64,000 bases of DNA from Candidatus Cloacimonadales bacterium (GTDB lineage: Bacteria; Cloacimonadota; Cloacimonadia; Cloacimonadales; JAFGVF01). Positions 21,780 through 31,583 of the stretch are shown here, piece by piece (positions within the stretch are counted from its first letter, which is position 1; every line of letters begins with the position of its first letter). The stretch spans positions 3,072,001 through 3,136,000 of the forward strand of contig OY759729.1 in assembly GCA_963662585.1 (NCBI GenBank). Direction: 5' to 3'. The translations under genes and the position numbers were made by a program. The notes beneath the pieces are model-generated. The model saw nothing but the letters and a program-made list of their open reading frames with translations, did not search any database and was not told the origin of the DNA.

Positions 21780-22249
21780 GGCTCAAGTTCAAGTCTGGTG
21801 GAAATAATATAAATCAATGAGAATTTTTCATTACTAGTGTTATTCTTCGAATATCCCTGAAGGGGATTAAATAGATTATCCTGGGGTAAGATCCTATAAG
21901 GATCGTCACCCCAGGTACAATATCCAAAATTATGCACATAACCCTGTAAGGGTTTTATAGAAGGCTGACTAATTTATATAATATACCATTGGTATATATG
22001 TTTTTATTAAACCCTTACAGGGTTACACTTTTTATGTACATCATAACCCAGGGTTGCAATCCTTTCAGGATTTTACCCTGGGCTAAACTATTAATCCCGT
22101 TGGGGATATAAGACTTATCCCTTCAGGATTAAGTCTTATTTCGCATAAAAACTTCTATTTCTTGTACACTATAAAGCCTAACTTACTGTAATGCAAATAA
22201 TAAGGTGTAACATAATGCTTAATAATTTCCACCAGACTTGAACTTGGCC
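21780..22249. mobile_element. MITE-like element enclosing a REPIN-like long palindrome
   Basis: 22-bp perfect inverted repeat CAAGTTCAAGTCTGGTGGAAAT (21784-21805 / 22225-22246) with GGC outer ends; no ORF inside. Confidence 0.75.
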
Positions 22250-22284
22250 ATATTAACTAATAAGTTGTATCTAGGCCTTTCTCC

Positions 22285-23013
22285 TTATTCCATGAAGAAC
22301 TTAGCATAAAATAGACCTACGACAATACTGAAAAGAATTACACTTAGAAATACTAAGAAATAAGCGAATAAAGTCTTCATTGTTCTTGTGAATACATTCC
22401 CTTCAAAGAACTTTCCTAAAGCCCAGATAGGGTAGACTATACCAATTAATCCTGCAAGCTGCATAATATTGAATTGCAAGATACTTTCTAATACACCAAA
22501 AACAGTGTAGATAATCATTACAAAAGCAGAAATGTAGGTAAAAGCAACCAAACATTCAAAATAGTTATAAGCTCTATTTTTAAAAATAACTTTTAACCAA
22601 AAAGCTGCTAAAATAGCCATAAATAAATTTACATAGCCATAATTATTCTCAATCCACATTAAAATTTTAGGGCCTATATCAAAGTCATTAACATTGGCTT
22701 TGATAATAGCACTATCAAAGGTGAAATAGTGGGAAACAAGAGTGTAGAGTAAAGAACACATAAACAAGAAAGTTATTGGCTTTACCAGTAATGTTCTGTC
22801 TGTCTCAATGTATGACCTTATTGCTTTACCAGGTCTGATCGTTAGCTCTTTTATAGTGTAGATTATACCTCTATTAAGATTTAGAACTTCTGCTAGACCA
22901 AAGAAAAAGAATTCTTTATCTATACGAGGAATCTTGGTTGGGAATCCACAGTTAGAACAATAATTATTCTTAACTGTGCTCCCACATTTATGACAATGCA
23001 TATAAATCTCCAT
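22285..23013 (-). CDS. DUF3667-like membrane protein
   Basis: N-terminal CxxC..YCxxCG zinc ribbon, TIKEL..RPG...Y, KP..FL and multiple TM helices. Confidence 0.8.
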   Translation of the reverse strand: MEIYMHCHKCGSTVKNNYCSNCGFPTKIPRIDKEFFFFGLAEVLNLNRGIIYTIKELTIRPGKAIRSYIETDRTLLVKPITFLFMCSLLYTLVSHYFTFDSAIIKANVNDFDIGPKILMWIENNYGYVNLFMAILAAFWLKVIFKNRAYNYFECLVAFTYISAFVMIIYTVFGVLESILQFNIMQLAGLIGIVYPIWALGKFFEGNVFTRTMKTLFAYFLVFLSVILFSIVVGLFYAKFFME

Positions 23014-23458
23014 TAGTTAAGATTTCAACTTTTCCATAATTAGAGATTAAATGAAGTTTGTAAAGTATTAATTTTCTATAGAGATTAAATCATTATTCCA
23101 GCATGAGTTAAATAAATGGTAAACAGTTAAATAAGTAAAATTCGTTCTTGGGAAATAGCTAGGATAATATTATAGTTTAGTTGTTTACGAGAAAAATAGA
23201 AACTATGAAGGGAAGTATATAATTTTTGAATATGAAATAGACTATAAACAGGAAATCTGAATGGTTTAGGGGTAAGGGGCAAAACATTTTTCGCCCTAAG
23301 CAGATGAGACTGTTCAGAATAAATGACTGATAAATAGTGCTTTGATTTTTCAAATGCTATAATTAGTGCACAATTTTTATTTATTATCCTACATTTTAGA
23401 AATTGACATCTGCTTGATTACATTACTATATCTCTAATATCCGAATAATGTCTCTTAT

Positions 23459-23934
23459 ATCCCACAGGGATGCCATATAGTAGGGAGTGCTCGCAAGACA
23501 CTCCAAAGAATGTTAGTATGTAAAAGTGAGCCCTGAAGGGGCGATATATCCTTCTTTATAAGTTATATAAAAAATCGCACTAGTTGATCTAGTCAGATTC
23601 GTTAAAACCAGTTCTTCAAGATGGATCATAACAAGATTTCCCGAGTTAAACCTTTTTTCTTGGCAAGAAGTTTACGGTGCATTTTCAATTAATCCTCAGC
23701 ATAGTTATGCTGTTATAGGATACATTCAAGACTAAGAAAACCACCATCACAAAGTCTCTTTTAAAATGAACTAATCTAATTCTTGAAAAAGTATAAACAA
23801 TATTATGATGAGTGTTATATCTGGACTTATATTCGTATTTGATTAGAATATGTCGCCCCTCTAGGGCTCACTTCTGCTCGTATTGTATGGAGTGTCTTGC
23901 GACCACTCCCTGTTATATGTCATTCCTTCGGGAT
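23459..23934 (+). pseudogene. Degraded IS200-like / RAYT Y1 transposase (C-terminal half) between inverted REP arms
   Basis: 23574-23830 reads IALVDLVRFVKTSSSRWI...FSWQEVYGAFSI...YIQD*ENHH..SF, then a frameshift to FLKKY..YDE.YIW; arms 23459-23550 and 23846-23934 are inverted. Confidence 0.85.
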
Positions 23935-24288
23935 TTTTAAGAATTTCCAAGCTATCGCTTGGAAGCGGATATGGTCATCCGCATTCCCAGTGAAGAGGCT
24001 TTGTTACCAATACACAATCATTATAAAATGTCTAGAAACCTGAAAATATGCAATATTATCGACTTCGCTAAGGATAAGCTATTGGATAAGGTGGCTGGAT
24101 AATTGAACAGTCTCAAGCAGAATATATATTATATTTAAAAAATATTTATTGACATATATTAATGATTAGAGTTTATATGTATGATATGATTTTATTTATG
24201 TTAAACAAAGAGGGTGTATGGCAATACACCCCTACAGTATACAGGTTAAAAGAATGATAAATGTTAAAAGATTAAATTGGAATTAATA

Positions 24289-24861
24289 ATGTGTAATAGA
24301 AAATACAATCCCGAAATTCATCATCGTCGTTCAATCAGATTAAAAGGATATGATTATTCTCAGCCTGGATTCTATTTTATTACTCTTTGCATTAAAAACA
24401 GAGAACATCTATTCGGTGAGATTAATAATGATAAAATGTTTTTGAATGATGCTGGTAAGATTATTATGCAAGAATGGGTTAAAACACCACAAATAAGGAA
24501 TAATGTAAAATTAGGCGAATTTATCATAATGCCTAATCATTTTCATGCTATCGTAGAAATTGAATGCAAATTTAACACATCCTCTGATAAGATAGATAAA
24601 TTCCAATCACCTTTCCAAACCATTGGTTCAATTAATCGAGGTTTTAAAGGCGCAACAACATTAAGAATAAATCAAAAACTACCAGCCCGTGATTATGCTA
24701 GGGGCGTATTGCCATACGCCCAAAATAACAACAATTCAATCTGGCAAGGGAATTATTGGGAACATATAATCAAAACTAAAATTGAATATAACAAAATCTT
24801 ACAATATATTATTAATAATCTTCTTTGTTGGGATTATGATAAATTGAATGGGGGCATATGA
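24289..24861 (+). CDS. REP-associated tyrosine transposase (RAYT, HUH/Y1)
   Basis: RRSIRLKGYDYS..G.YFIT, HUH motif MPNHFH, WQ.NYWEHII, YI.NN; REP upstream at 24211-24235. Confidence 0.9.
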   Translation: MCNRKYNPEIHHRRSIRLKGYDYSQPGFYFITLCIKNREHLFGEINNDKMFLNDAGKIIMQEWVKTPQIRNNVKLGEFIIMPNHFHAIVEIECKFNTSSDKIDKFQSPFQTIGSINRGFKGATTLRINQKLPARDYARGVLPYAQNNNNSIWQGNYWEHIIKTKIEYNKILQYIINNLLCWDYDKLNGGI

Positions 24862-24863
24862 TA

Positions 24864-27245
24864 CTATTTCATCAAAATAATTTTCTTAGTTGATGTGGCA
24901 TTGCCACTTCTAATTTTATAGAAGTAAACACCGCTTGCACTAGATTTATTTGCATTATTTGTTCCGTTCCAAAGAACTTTTTGTACACCTTGCTCCATGT
25001 CTCTATTCACTAAATTCTTGACCAACTGTCCTCTGAGATTATATATATCTACTGTAACCTCTCCAGCTCGTGGATTGTTAAACTGGATAGTAGTTTCTGG
25101 ATTGAATGGATTTGGATAGTTAGTGGCATTTAGGTCTGTCACAAGCTCAAGATCATCATCTAAGTTGGGGGTATAACCTGGAAATTCATAACAACCGAGA
25201 TCTATTATATTGTTATGTATTCTTGGATTCCCATATAGATCTAGTTCAGCTGGGACAAACCACTCGGGAAGCCAAGCAAAACTACTAGAACCAGCATCTA
25301 TGGCAGGAGACACCTCTCCTATGTCTCCACCTCTTAAATGATAGTAAGATGCTAAAGCTGGATCTCCACCTACAAAGAGTGGGTCTTGGTTATAAATATT
25401 GTTATCCCCCAATATTAGCTCTGCTCCAGTGTAATTATATATATCTAAGTCTGAATCTCCAAAAAGACAATTATCTATGTCTAAAACTTCATTAGTAAGT
25501 GATAAATCCCAGGGTTGATTATTGTTCATAAAGATATTGTTTCTATAAACTGTATTTGTGCCACTATTCATTATAGTACCAAAGTTAGGACATCCACTGT
25601 TATTGGCAAATGTACAATTAGATATTGTTGTATTTTCTCCCATAGTCCTAAACATTTTACATTCCCCTCCAACATTATTAGAAAATAGGCAGTTATCTAT
25701 TACAACTTCTAATGTGTCAGCCCAGTCTATAAATCTAAATAGAGTCCAACCATAATAATCAGAAGTACATTGATTGTTAATAAATTCTGAATTAGTAACC
25801 TCTATTCTATTCATAGCTTCCACATTACCAATTCCACAGCCACTTTCATTAATACAAGTGTTATTATAGACCTTAACATTATTCATAACCACATCTAATG
25901 CTTTAATTTTATAAGCTGGGTAACTCTTTATTGAATGATTATTCTGGAAAATTACATTATAAAGATTGACATTTCCAAAATATTGTCCATGTACTTCTAA
26001 ACTAGAGCCATCATCAATGTTGCTATTTTCAAAAATCACATCTTCAATTATTAAGTTATTTACACTATTTGCGACTAATGCTGATGCTGATCCATTAGTA
26101 ATACTCATGCTTTTAATTGCAATACTTTCACCAAAATACTCAGCAATAATTGTTCCGTGATGCCAGCTAAATATATCTGAATTACCAATTATCTTGGTCT
26201 CTTCTGCTGATAATCCTTGTAAAATTGTGTTACTTTTTAATCCTATAGGTATATTAGTATGCCCCCATAAGTCATGTTCATAGATTTCAGATGTTAGCCG
26301 TATTGTTTTAGGGTTATCTATATTACTAGAGATTATGGTATTAGCCCAATAGATTGTGCGAAGAGCTTCATCGGGTGTTAAACCAGAGTTGTTATCATCG
26401 CCATTGTTAGCTACATATAGGTCTGCATCAATCTCCTCATGCATACCCTCATTTACTTCAAAAGTTCTATAGGGTGTATAACCATCTTCTATTGCCTCAA
26501 CAGATCCTTCAAAAAAGTTGGCATAGTAGCGTTCATAAGATGCTTTAGTAAATTTATCTAAATAGATATCAGACACTGCACCAAAAGGTAACTCCCAGTA
26601 CATATCCGCTCCTAACGAGGCATAGTTATCATAAAGGGAACATCTGTTGCTCTCCGAAAAGGTGATTGTTGGTTGTTCACTTACAGTACTTTGAGTACAT
26701 ATCCCTCCTCCAGACATTAGTGCCAAGTTATTATTTATAGTACATCCAGCTAGATGTACAGTAGCCTGGTAATTAATAACTATCCCTCCTCCCAAATCTG
26801 CATAGTTATCATAGATTTTAAGATTTACAATGTTAAAACTACTTAAGGCTAGACACATACCGCCCCCTATTGACTTTATGCCATCCTGATAGCCACTTCC
26901 CCCTGTTATTGACAATCCTCTTATCTCAAACTCTTTTTCTCCAACAGTGCAATATACAGTACTACCACTTTGGTAACCATCTATAATAGTTGTAGAGATA
27001 AAGGTGCTATCATTGGTTATTGCTTCTAATGAATAGAGTTTTAGGTTGTTAGCATAGCTTAAATCAACATTTTCATAATAGGTACCTGGATATACTAATA
27101 CTGTATCTCCTGTAGAAGCCTGATTAACAGCCATCTGGATTTCTGTATATGGTTTAGTGCCATCAAGTGAGACTTCAAGAGTTGTAGCAAAGATAGCTGA
27201 TAGGCTAAGTATAAATAAAAATACAATATATAGTTTTAGTTTCAT
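24864..27245 (-). CDS. Secreted beta-helix protein with FlgD/T9SS-type C-terminal domain
   Basis: Signal peptide, IQ.AV..A..GDTVLVYPGTYYEN, SPAIDAG..DL.GNPRI..IDLGCYE, NYPNPFNPET..KIILMK. Confidence 0.88.
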   Translation of the reverse strand: MKLKLYIVFLFILSLSAIFATTLEVSLDGTKPYTEIQMAVNQASTGDTVLVYPGTYYENVDLSYANNLKLYSLEAITNDSTFISTTIIDGYQSGSTVYCTVGEKEFEIRGLSITGGSGYQDGIKSIGGGMCLALSSFNIVNLKIYDNYADLGGGIVINYQATVHLAGCTINNNLALMSGGGICTQSTVSEQPTITFSESNRCSLYDNYASLGADMYWELPFGAVSDIYLDKFTKASYERYYANFFEGSVEAIEDGYTPYRTFEVNEGMHEEIDADLYVANNGDDNNSGLTPDEALRTIYWANTIISSNIDNPKTIRLTSEIYEHDLWGHTNIPIGLKSNTILQGLSAEETKIIGNSDIFSWHHGTIIAEYFGESIAIKSMSITNGSASALVANSVNNLIIEDVIFENSNIDDGSSLEVHGQYFGNVNLYNVIFQNNHSIKSYPAYKIKALDVVMNNVKVYNNTCINESGCGIGNVEAMNRIEVTNSEFINNQCTSDYYGWTLFRFIDWADTLEVVIDNCLFSNNVGGECKMFRTMGENTTISNCTFANNSGCPNFGTIMNSGTNTVYRNNIFMNNNQPWDLSLTNEVLDIDNCLFGDSDLDIYNYTGAELILGDNNIYNQDPLFVGGDPALASYYHLRGGDIGEVSPAIDAGSSSFAWLPEWFVPAELDLYGNPRIHNNIIDLGCYEFPGYTPNLDDDLELVTDLNATNYPNPFNPETTIQFNNPRAGEVTVDIYNLRGQLVKNLVNRDMEQGVQKVLWNGTNNANKSSASGVYFYKIRSGNATSTKKIILMK

Positions 27246-27332
27246 TGAAATCTCCTTAAACTAATGTATTGTAGAGACGCAAAACATTGCGTCTCTACAA
27301 ATTAATTATTAATTTTAATTTGGGTATGCAAA

Positions 27333-30008
27333 TTATTTCATCAAAATAATTTTCTTAGTTGCTGTGGCATTACCACTTCTAATTTTATAGAAGTAAACAC
27401 CGCTTGCACTTGATTTATTTGCATTATTTGTTCCATTCCAAAGAACTTTTTGTACACCTTGCTCCATGTCTCTATTCACTAAATTCTTGACCAACTGTCC
27501 TTTGAGATTATATATATCTACTGTAACCTCTCCAGCTTGTGGATTGTTGAACTGAATATTTGTTTCAGGATTAAATGGATTTGGATAGTTAGTAGAAATT
27601 ATTTGCTGAGTTTCAAGTAATTCTGTTGCATCCTTTGTCATCGAGACATGATAGAAATCTTGGTTGTTTACTTTTAGCTCTTGAATTTTATCCCAAACTT
27701 GCAGAACATTGTCATAACTAACAATATTTTCAAGTTTTTTAGCTGATTTAGAACCATTAATAGTCACAATTGCAAGAGGAGTATCTTGTGGAACATCTTC
27801 AATAAAAGCTTGCACCATAACAGTAGTTGCAGCATCAACTTTTACACCACCAACACAAACATCACCAGCATAGACAACAACCTCATCAATATCACTATTA
27901 GGTTCGACATCAACAAAGATTGGAGTATAATCAGCTTGTTCAGTGAAAGTTACACTTTCAGCATTATTATAGCTGTATGCTTCAGTTCTAGAAGGAGTAT
28001 CATAATTCCAATGGAAATCCATAATGCTCTGAACACCACTTGCATACTTTACAAGCACAAAGTCACCCATTCTTAACTTACAATCAGTATCGCCACTAAC
28101 TCGTCCTACCCAGTTGCCTCCTGATGTTTTGTAAAAAGACCAATCTTTATGCTGAATGAAGCTTAAATTTGTTAAGTATGGACCGAAGGCATTTGACCAG
28201 TATGTTGGGTTTTCCCCAAAGAAACCTAACCAAATCTTTTCAGAAGAGACAGGTAAATCAAATTCTTGGTCAGGATCTTGAAGAAGACCTGAGAACCAAC
28301 TATCCATATCATAAGGAGCTTCTATCTGGTAGCCCCAGCGTTCATCGACCATATCGTTACTATTATAGGGACTATCATTATATTTAAATTCATGAGACCC
28401 AAACGAATAAGAGCCACCTTGTTGAAAATAAATCGTTGGATATTGTGGAAATAAGTCATTTGTCTTAAAGTCTTCAAAATGAATAGTCATGTGATTATTT
28501 GGCACTGAATAATGAGTAGTTCCATTATAAACTACAGTAGATGTGTTATCTGGATCTATTACAGGGAATCCTGTCCAATTTTGGGGACTATTTCCGTCAA
28601 TAAAGTGCTTATACTCTTTTCTATCATCATTAAATGGAATAGCACCCATATCTGGAGTATCGTCTTCATATTGGATAAGTTGAATATCTAATCCTGCAAC
28701 TAACTCATCATCAAAGTTTTCATCATAGCCATTACCAATAGCATCACAAGGCCATTTCAGAGCTAATTCTCTATTTTGTGGATAATCAAAGTTAGCTACT
28801 CCTTTAAGATTGAGATTGTTAGTAAAATTAGTAATATTGCTAGGATTAAAGCCACTGTCAAAATAGTTGGCTATGATATTAGCATGTGGAGTGGAACCAA
28901 ATGTTACATCATTACTGTTATCAGAAAATAGGTTATTTTGAATTTGAGTACTTTCAAATTTAATATCCACAGCATTTGTTGTATTAACTTCATAGAAGGT
29001 ATTATGGAAAACATCTTCAGCTTCAATATCAATCTTTCTAATAGGCATATATCTAGAATAATCTGTATGGATAATATTATTATTGAAAGTTAGAGCATTT
29101 TCAATATCTATTTTGGAACACCCGTAAAACTCATTATTCTCAATATATAAATCTGGTGCGTAATGATCAGTAGTCAAGCATAGTGGATATCTAATATTAG
29201 TGATACTATTATTTTTTATTGAAGACCAATAATCTATCTCAGCATTTATTAAAGCACTTCCGACATATATATCAGTGCTTGTAAATGAGCAGTTATCAAT
29301 CTCTAAAGTATGTGAAAGATTTACATTATAAGCTCTTTCTGTATTTTCAAAAAAACAATTAATAAGTTTAACACCAAAAGCAAATGGAATAGTATAGATG
29401 TTCTTTATGTTATAACTATGGAAATAATCTCCATCTGCTGTTTCATTTGCAAAGTAACAGTTTTCAAGATGTAAAAGATTCCAATCACCGTTCCCAGCCC
29501 AACCATCTTCATCTATACAGATATCTACTACAAACTGAGAATTACTCTCAGTGTTAAATTCACAATTAATAACCTTGAGATATTCTGTATCAAATTTTAT
29601 TGCTGCTTGAAATAAACTCCCAGGATTATTTAATCCATAAGGATCATTATTAAAACTGAAATTGTCAATAAGAACTTCCCCTGGATTACTTAGCCCTGTA
29701 GGATTGACTATATCGAATAAAGGAATATTTTGATTTAATGGCTTAACTTTGATTAAACTACCATCAATTGATATAAAATTATAGTCTGCTATTGGAGAAA
29801 GACTAATATTTTCTTGGTAACTAGCACCGCTTTCCATGTTTCTGACTATAACATTGATTTCCCAATCACTTGAATTATTTGAATTATCGATAGCATCTTG
29901 AATTGTGTAATATGGACCGATATCACCATTAACATATAAGTCCTGAACTAGACCAAAAACTACAACTGTGAACAAACAAATTAATGTTACTAAAAAGTAC
30001 TTTTTCAT
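27333..30008 (-). CDS. Secreted beta-helix protein with FlgD/T9SS-type C-terminal domain
   Basis: Signal peptide, TIQDAID, DMGA, NYPNPFNPET..KIILMK. Confidence 0.85.
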   Translation of the reverse strand: MKKYFLVTLICLFTVVVFGLVQDLYVNGDIGPYYTIQDAIDNSNNSSDWEINVIVRNMESGASYQENISLSPIADYNFISIDGSLIKVKPLNQNIPLFDIVNPTGLSNPGEVLIDNFSFNNDPYGLNNPGSLFQAAIKFDTEYLKVINCEFNTESNSQFVVDICIDEDGWAGNGDWNLLHLENCYFANETADGDYFHSYNIKNIYTIPFAFGVKLINCFFENTERAYNVNLSHTLEIDNCSFTSTDIYVGSALINAEIDYWSSIKNNSITNIRYPLCLTTDHYAPDLYIENNEFYGCSKIDIENALTFNNNIIHTDYSRYMPIRKIDIEAEDVFHNTFYEVNTTNAVDIKFESTQIQNNLFSDNSNDVTFGSTPHANIIANYFDSGFNPSNITNFTNNLNLKGVANFDYPQNRELALKWPCDAIGNGYDENFDDELVAGLDIQLIQYEDDTPDMGAIPFNDDRKEYKHFIDGNSPQNWTGFPVIDPDNTSTVVYNGTTHYSVPNNHMTIHFEDFKTNDLFPQYPTIYFQQGGSYSFGSHEFKYNDSPYNSNDMVDERWGYQIEAPYDMDSWFSGLLQDPDQEFDLPVSSEKIWLGFFGENPTYWSNAFGPYLTNLSFIQHKDWSFYKTSGGNWVGRVSGDTDCKLRMGDFVLVKYASGVQSIMDFHWNYDTPSRTEAYSYNNAESVTFTEQADYTPIFVDVEPNSDIDEVVVYAGDVCVGGVKVDAATTVMVQAFIEDVPQDTPLAIVTINGSKSAKKLENIVSYDNVLQVWDKIQELKVNNQDFYHVSMTKDATELLETQQIISTNYPNPFNPETNIQFNNPQAGEVTVDIYNLKGQLVKNLVNRDMEQGVQKVLWNGTNNANKSSASGVYFYKIRSGNATATKKIILMK

Positions 30009-30075
30009 TTTAACTCCTATTTTGTTGTAACTAACTATATCCTTAAATATAAAAGGATTATTATAACTGCGACAT

Positions 30076-30273
30076 TTACTCTTTAACTATAAAAATTTCT
30101 CCATTAATAACTATAGCAATATAATCATCATTTGGACCATCATAAATGACTTCATAACTTTGAGATCCAACCTCTTCCCAAGTAATTTCTGGATAGAGAT
30201 CATAATTAACTTGACTAGCAAAGACCAACACGACAAAACTGAACAAGAATAAAAATGAGATTATTTTTTTCAT
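30076..30273 (-). CDS. Small secreted protein
   Basis: AGGAGGAG RBS and MKK-hydrophobic-VFA signal peptide; first gene of the secreted-protein run. Confidence 0.75.
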   Translation of the reverse strand: MKKIISFLFLFSFVVLVFASQVNYDLYPEITWEEVGSQSYEVIYDGPNDDYIAIVINGEIFIVKE

Positions 30274-30365
30274 ATCTCCTCCTATTATATAGACCCTAAA
30301 AAAACTAATATTTTTATTAGTTTACCCTATTTGATTGATATATAAATATTTACGAGAGGAAATCG

Positions 30366-31325
30366 ATTGATAATGATTTTAAAGAGTATTTTAATTATGC
30401 CAAGGAAATTGCATATAAATTAGTTAAAGATTATGAATTAGCTGAGGACATTGCAAGTAATTGTGTGGTTAAACTTGAAAAGGTTTCAAGAACAAGAGAG
30501 ATTGCTAATCCTAAAGGATGGATTAGAAAAGTTGTTACTAATTTATGTAATGATTATTTTAATAAGCAAAAAAGACTATTAGAAGTTCATGTAGAAGAAG
30601 ATAAACTTGAATATTTTGCTTACAAAAATCAAGAAAATAGTAGTGAAATTATAGATTTTGAGATTGATTTTAGTAAGTATCCTTTTCTTGAGCATAAAGA
30701 TAGAGAAAAAAAGATATTAGAGTATTTCTATATAAAGAAAGAATCAAATGCAAAAATTGCCCAGAGATTTAAAATTAAAGAGAGTAAAATCAAAGAAATA
30801 ATATATAAATTTACTAATGAAATTGAGTTATATCATCTAATTGATAATAAAACGCTATTTTTTAAGTTACTACCTTATACTAATCTTACCATTAAGATTA
30901 ATAATTTCCTACATAAACTAAAGCACTGTCTTAATAATAATGATTTATCTTGTATGAAACGATATTTGAAAAATGCTAAAATAAATGACTTTTCCAAGAT
31001 TAAATTTAAAGAGATGAAGTCATGTAAATTAAAGTATATTGATGAAAATAGCTATCGTCTCATAGTTGTTTTTATTAATCAAGCTAATAAGTACAGCTTT
31101 TTTTTTATAGAATTCATTATAACAAGATCCAGCAATGTACAAGTAATTGAATTTCCTATCTGGCCTCAAGGAGTTATACAAATTGATAAAAGCAAACTAA
31201 AGACAGAAATTAAGCAAAAAGATCTAGATAGCTTCAACGGTTCCTATAACGAAAGATTAGGAAGTTATGATGAGCTGAAAGAAAAAGGTATTGCTAAAGA
31301 GATTCAACAAAATGATGAGTTCTGA
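30366..31325 (+). CDS. ECF-like sigma-70 factor with C-terminal extension; probable ATT start
   Basis: The frame upstream of GTG 30465 reads IDNDFKEYFNYAKEIAYKLVKDYELAEDIASNC (region 2), then W..KVVTN.C.DY and a region 4-like segment; RBS GAGAGGA at 30354-30360. Confidence 0.7.
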   Translation: MDNDFKEYFNYAKEIAYKLVKDYELAEDIASNCVVKLEKVSRTREIANPKGWIRKVVTNLCNDYFNKQKRLLEVHVEEDKLEYFAYKNQENSSEIIDFEIDFSKYPFLEHKDREKKILEYFYIKKESNAKIAQRFKIKESKIKEIIYKFTNEIELYHLIDNKTLFFKLLPYTNLTIKINNFLHKLKHCLNNNDLSCMKRYLKNAKINDFSKIKFKEMKSCKLKYIDENSYRLIVVFINQANKYSFFFIEFIITRSSNVQVIEFPIWPQGVIQIDKSKLKTEIKQKDLDSFNGSYNERLGSYDELKEKGIAKEIQQNDEF

Positions 31326-31583
31326 TAAACACACTTTTAATCTGCTCTGAATTTTCTGTTTTAATAGCAACAGACAGAAAGGAGATACACTAAGCATACG
31401 ATCTATGAGTTGGATTATTAAAGGGAATTACATCATCTTAGCCATTTCTCTAACTGTTTCTAGAGTATTTTATCTGTATTAATGTTGAGTGCTCATTCAT
31501 GATATTGAGTGCTGAACCTATAAAATTGTCTTTGTTCTGGACAAAAAATATTTTACCCCTACAAATCTTTTTTTTGTCATCTG

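Noticed and set aside
12640..24000. Clustered repeats as a CRISPR array or integron attC cassettes
   Set aside because: There is no constant repeat with unique equal-length spacers, no cas or integron-integrase gene, and no clear attC ends.
31486..31515. TTGAGTGCT twice, CIRCE-like
   Set aside because: The copies are direct rather than inverted and lie between convergent genes.
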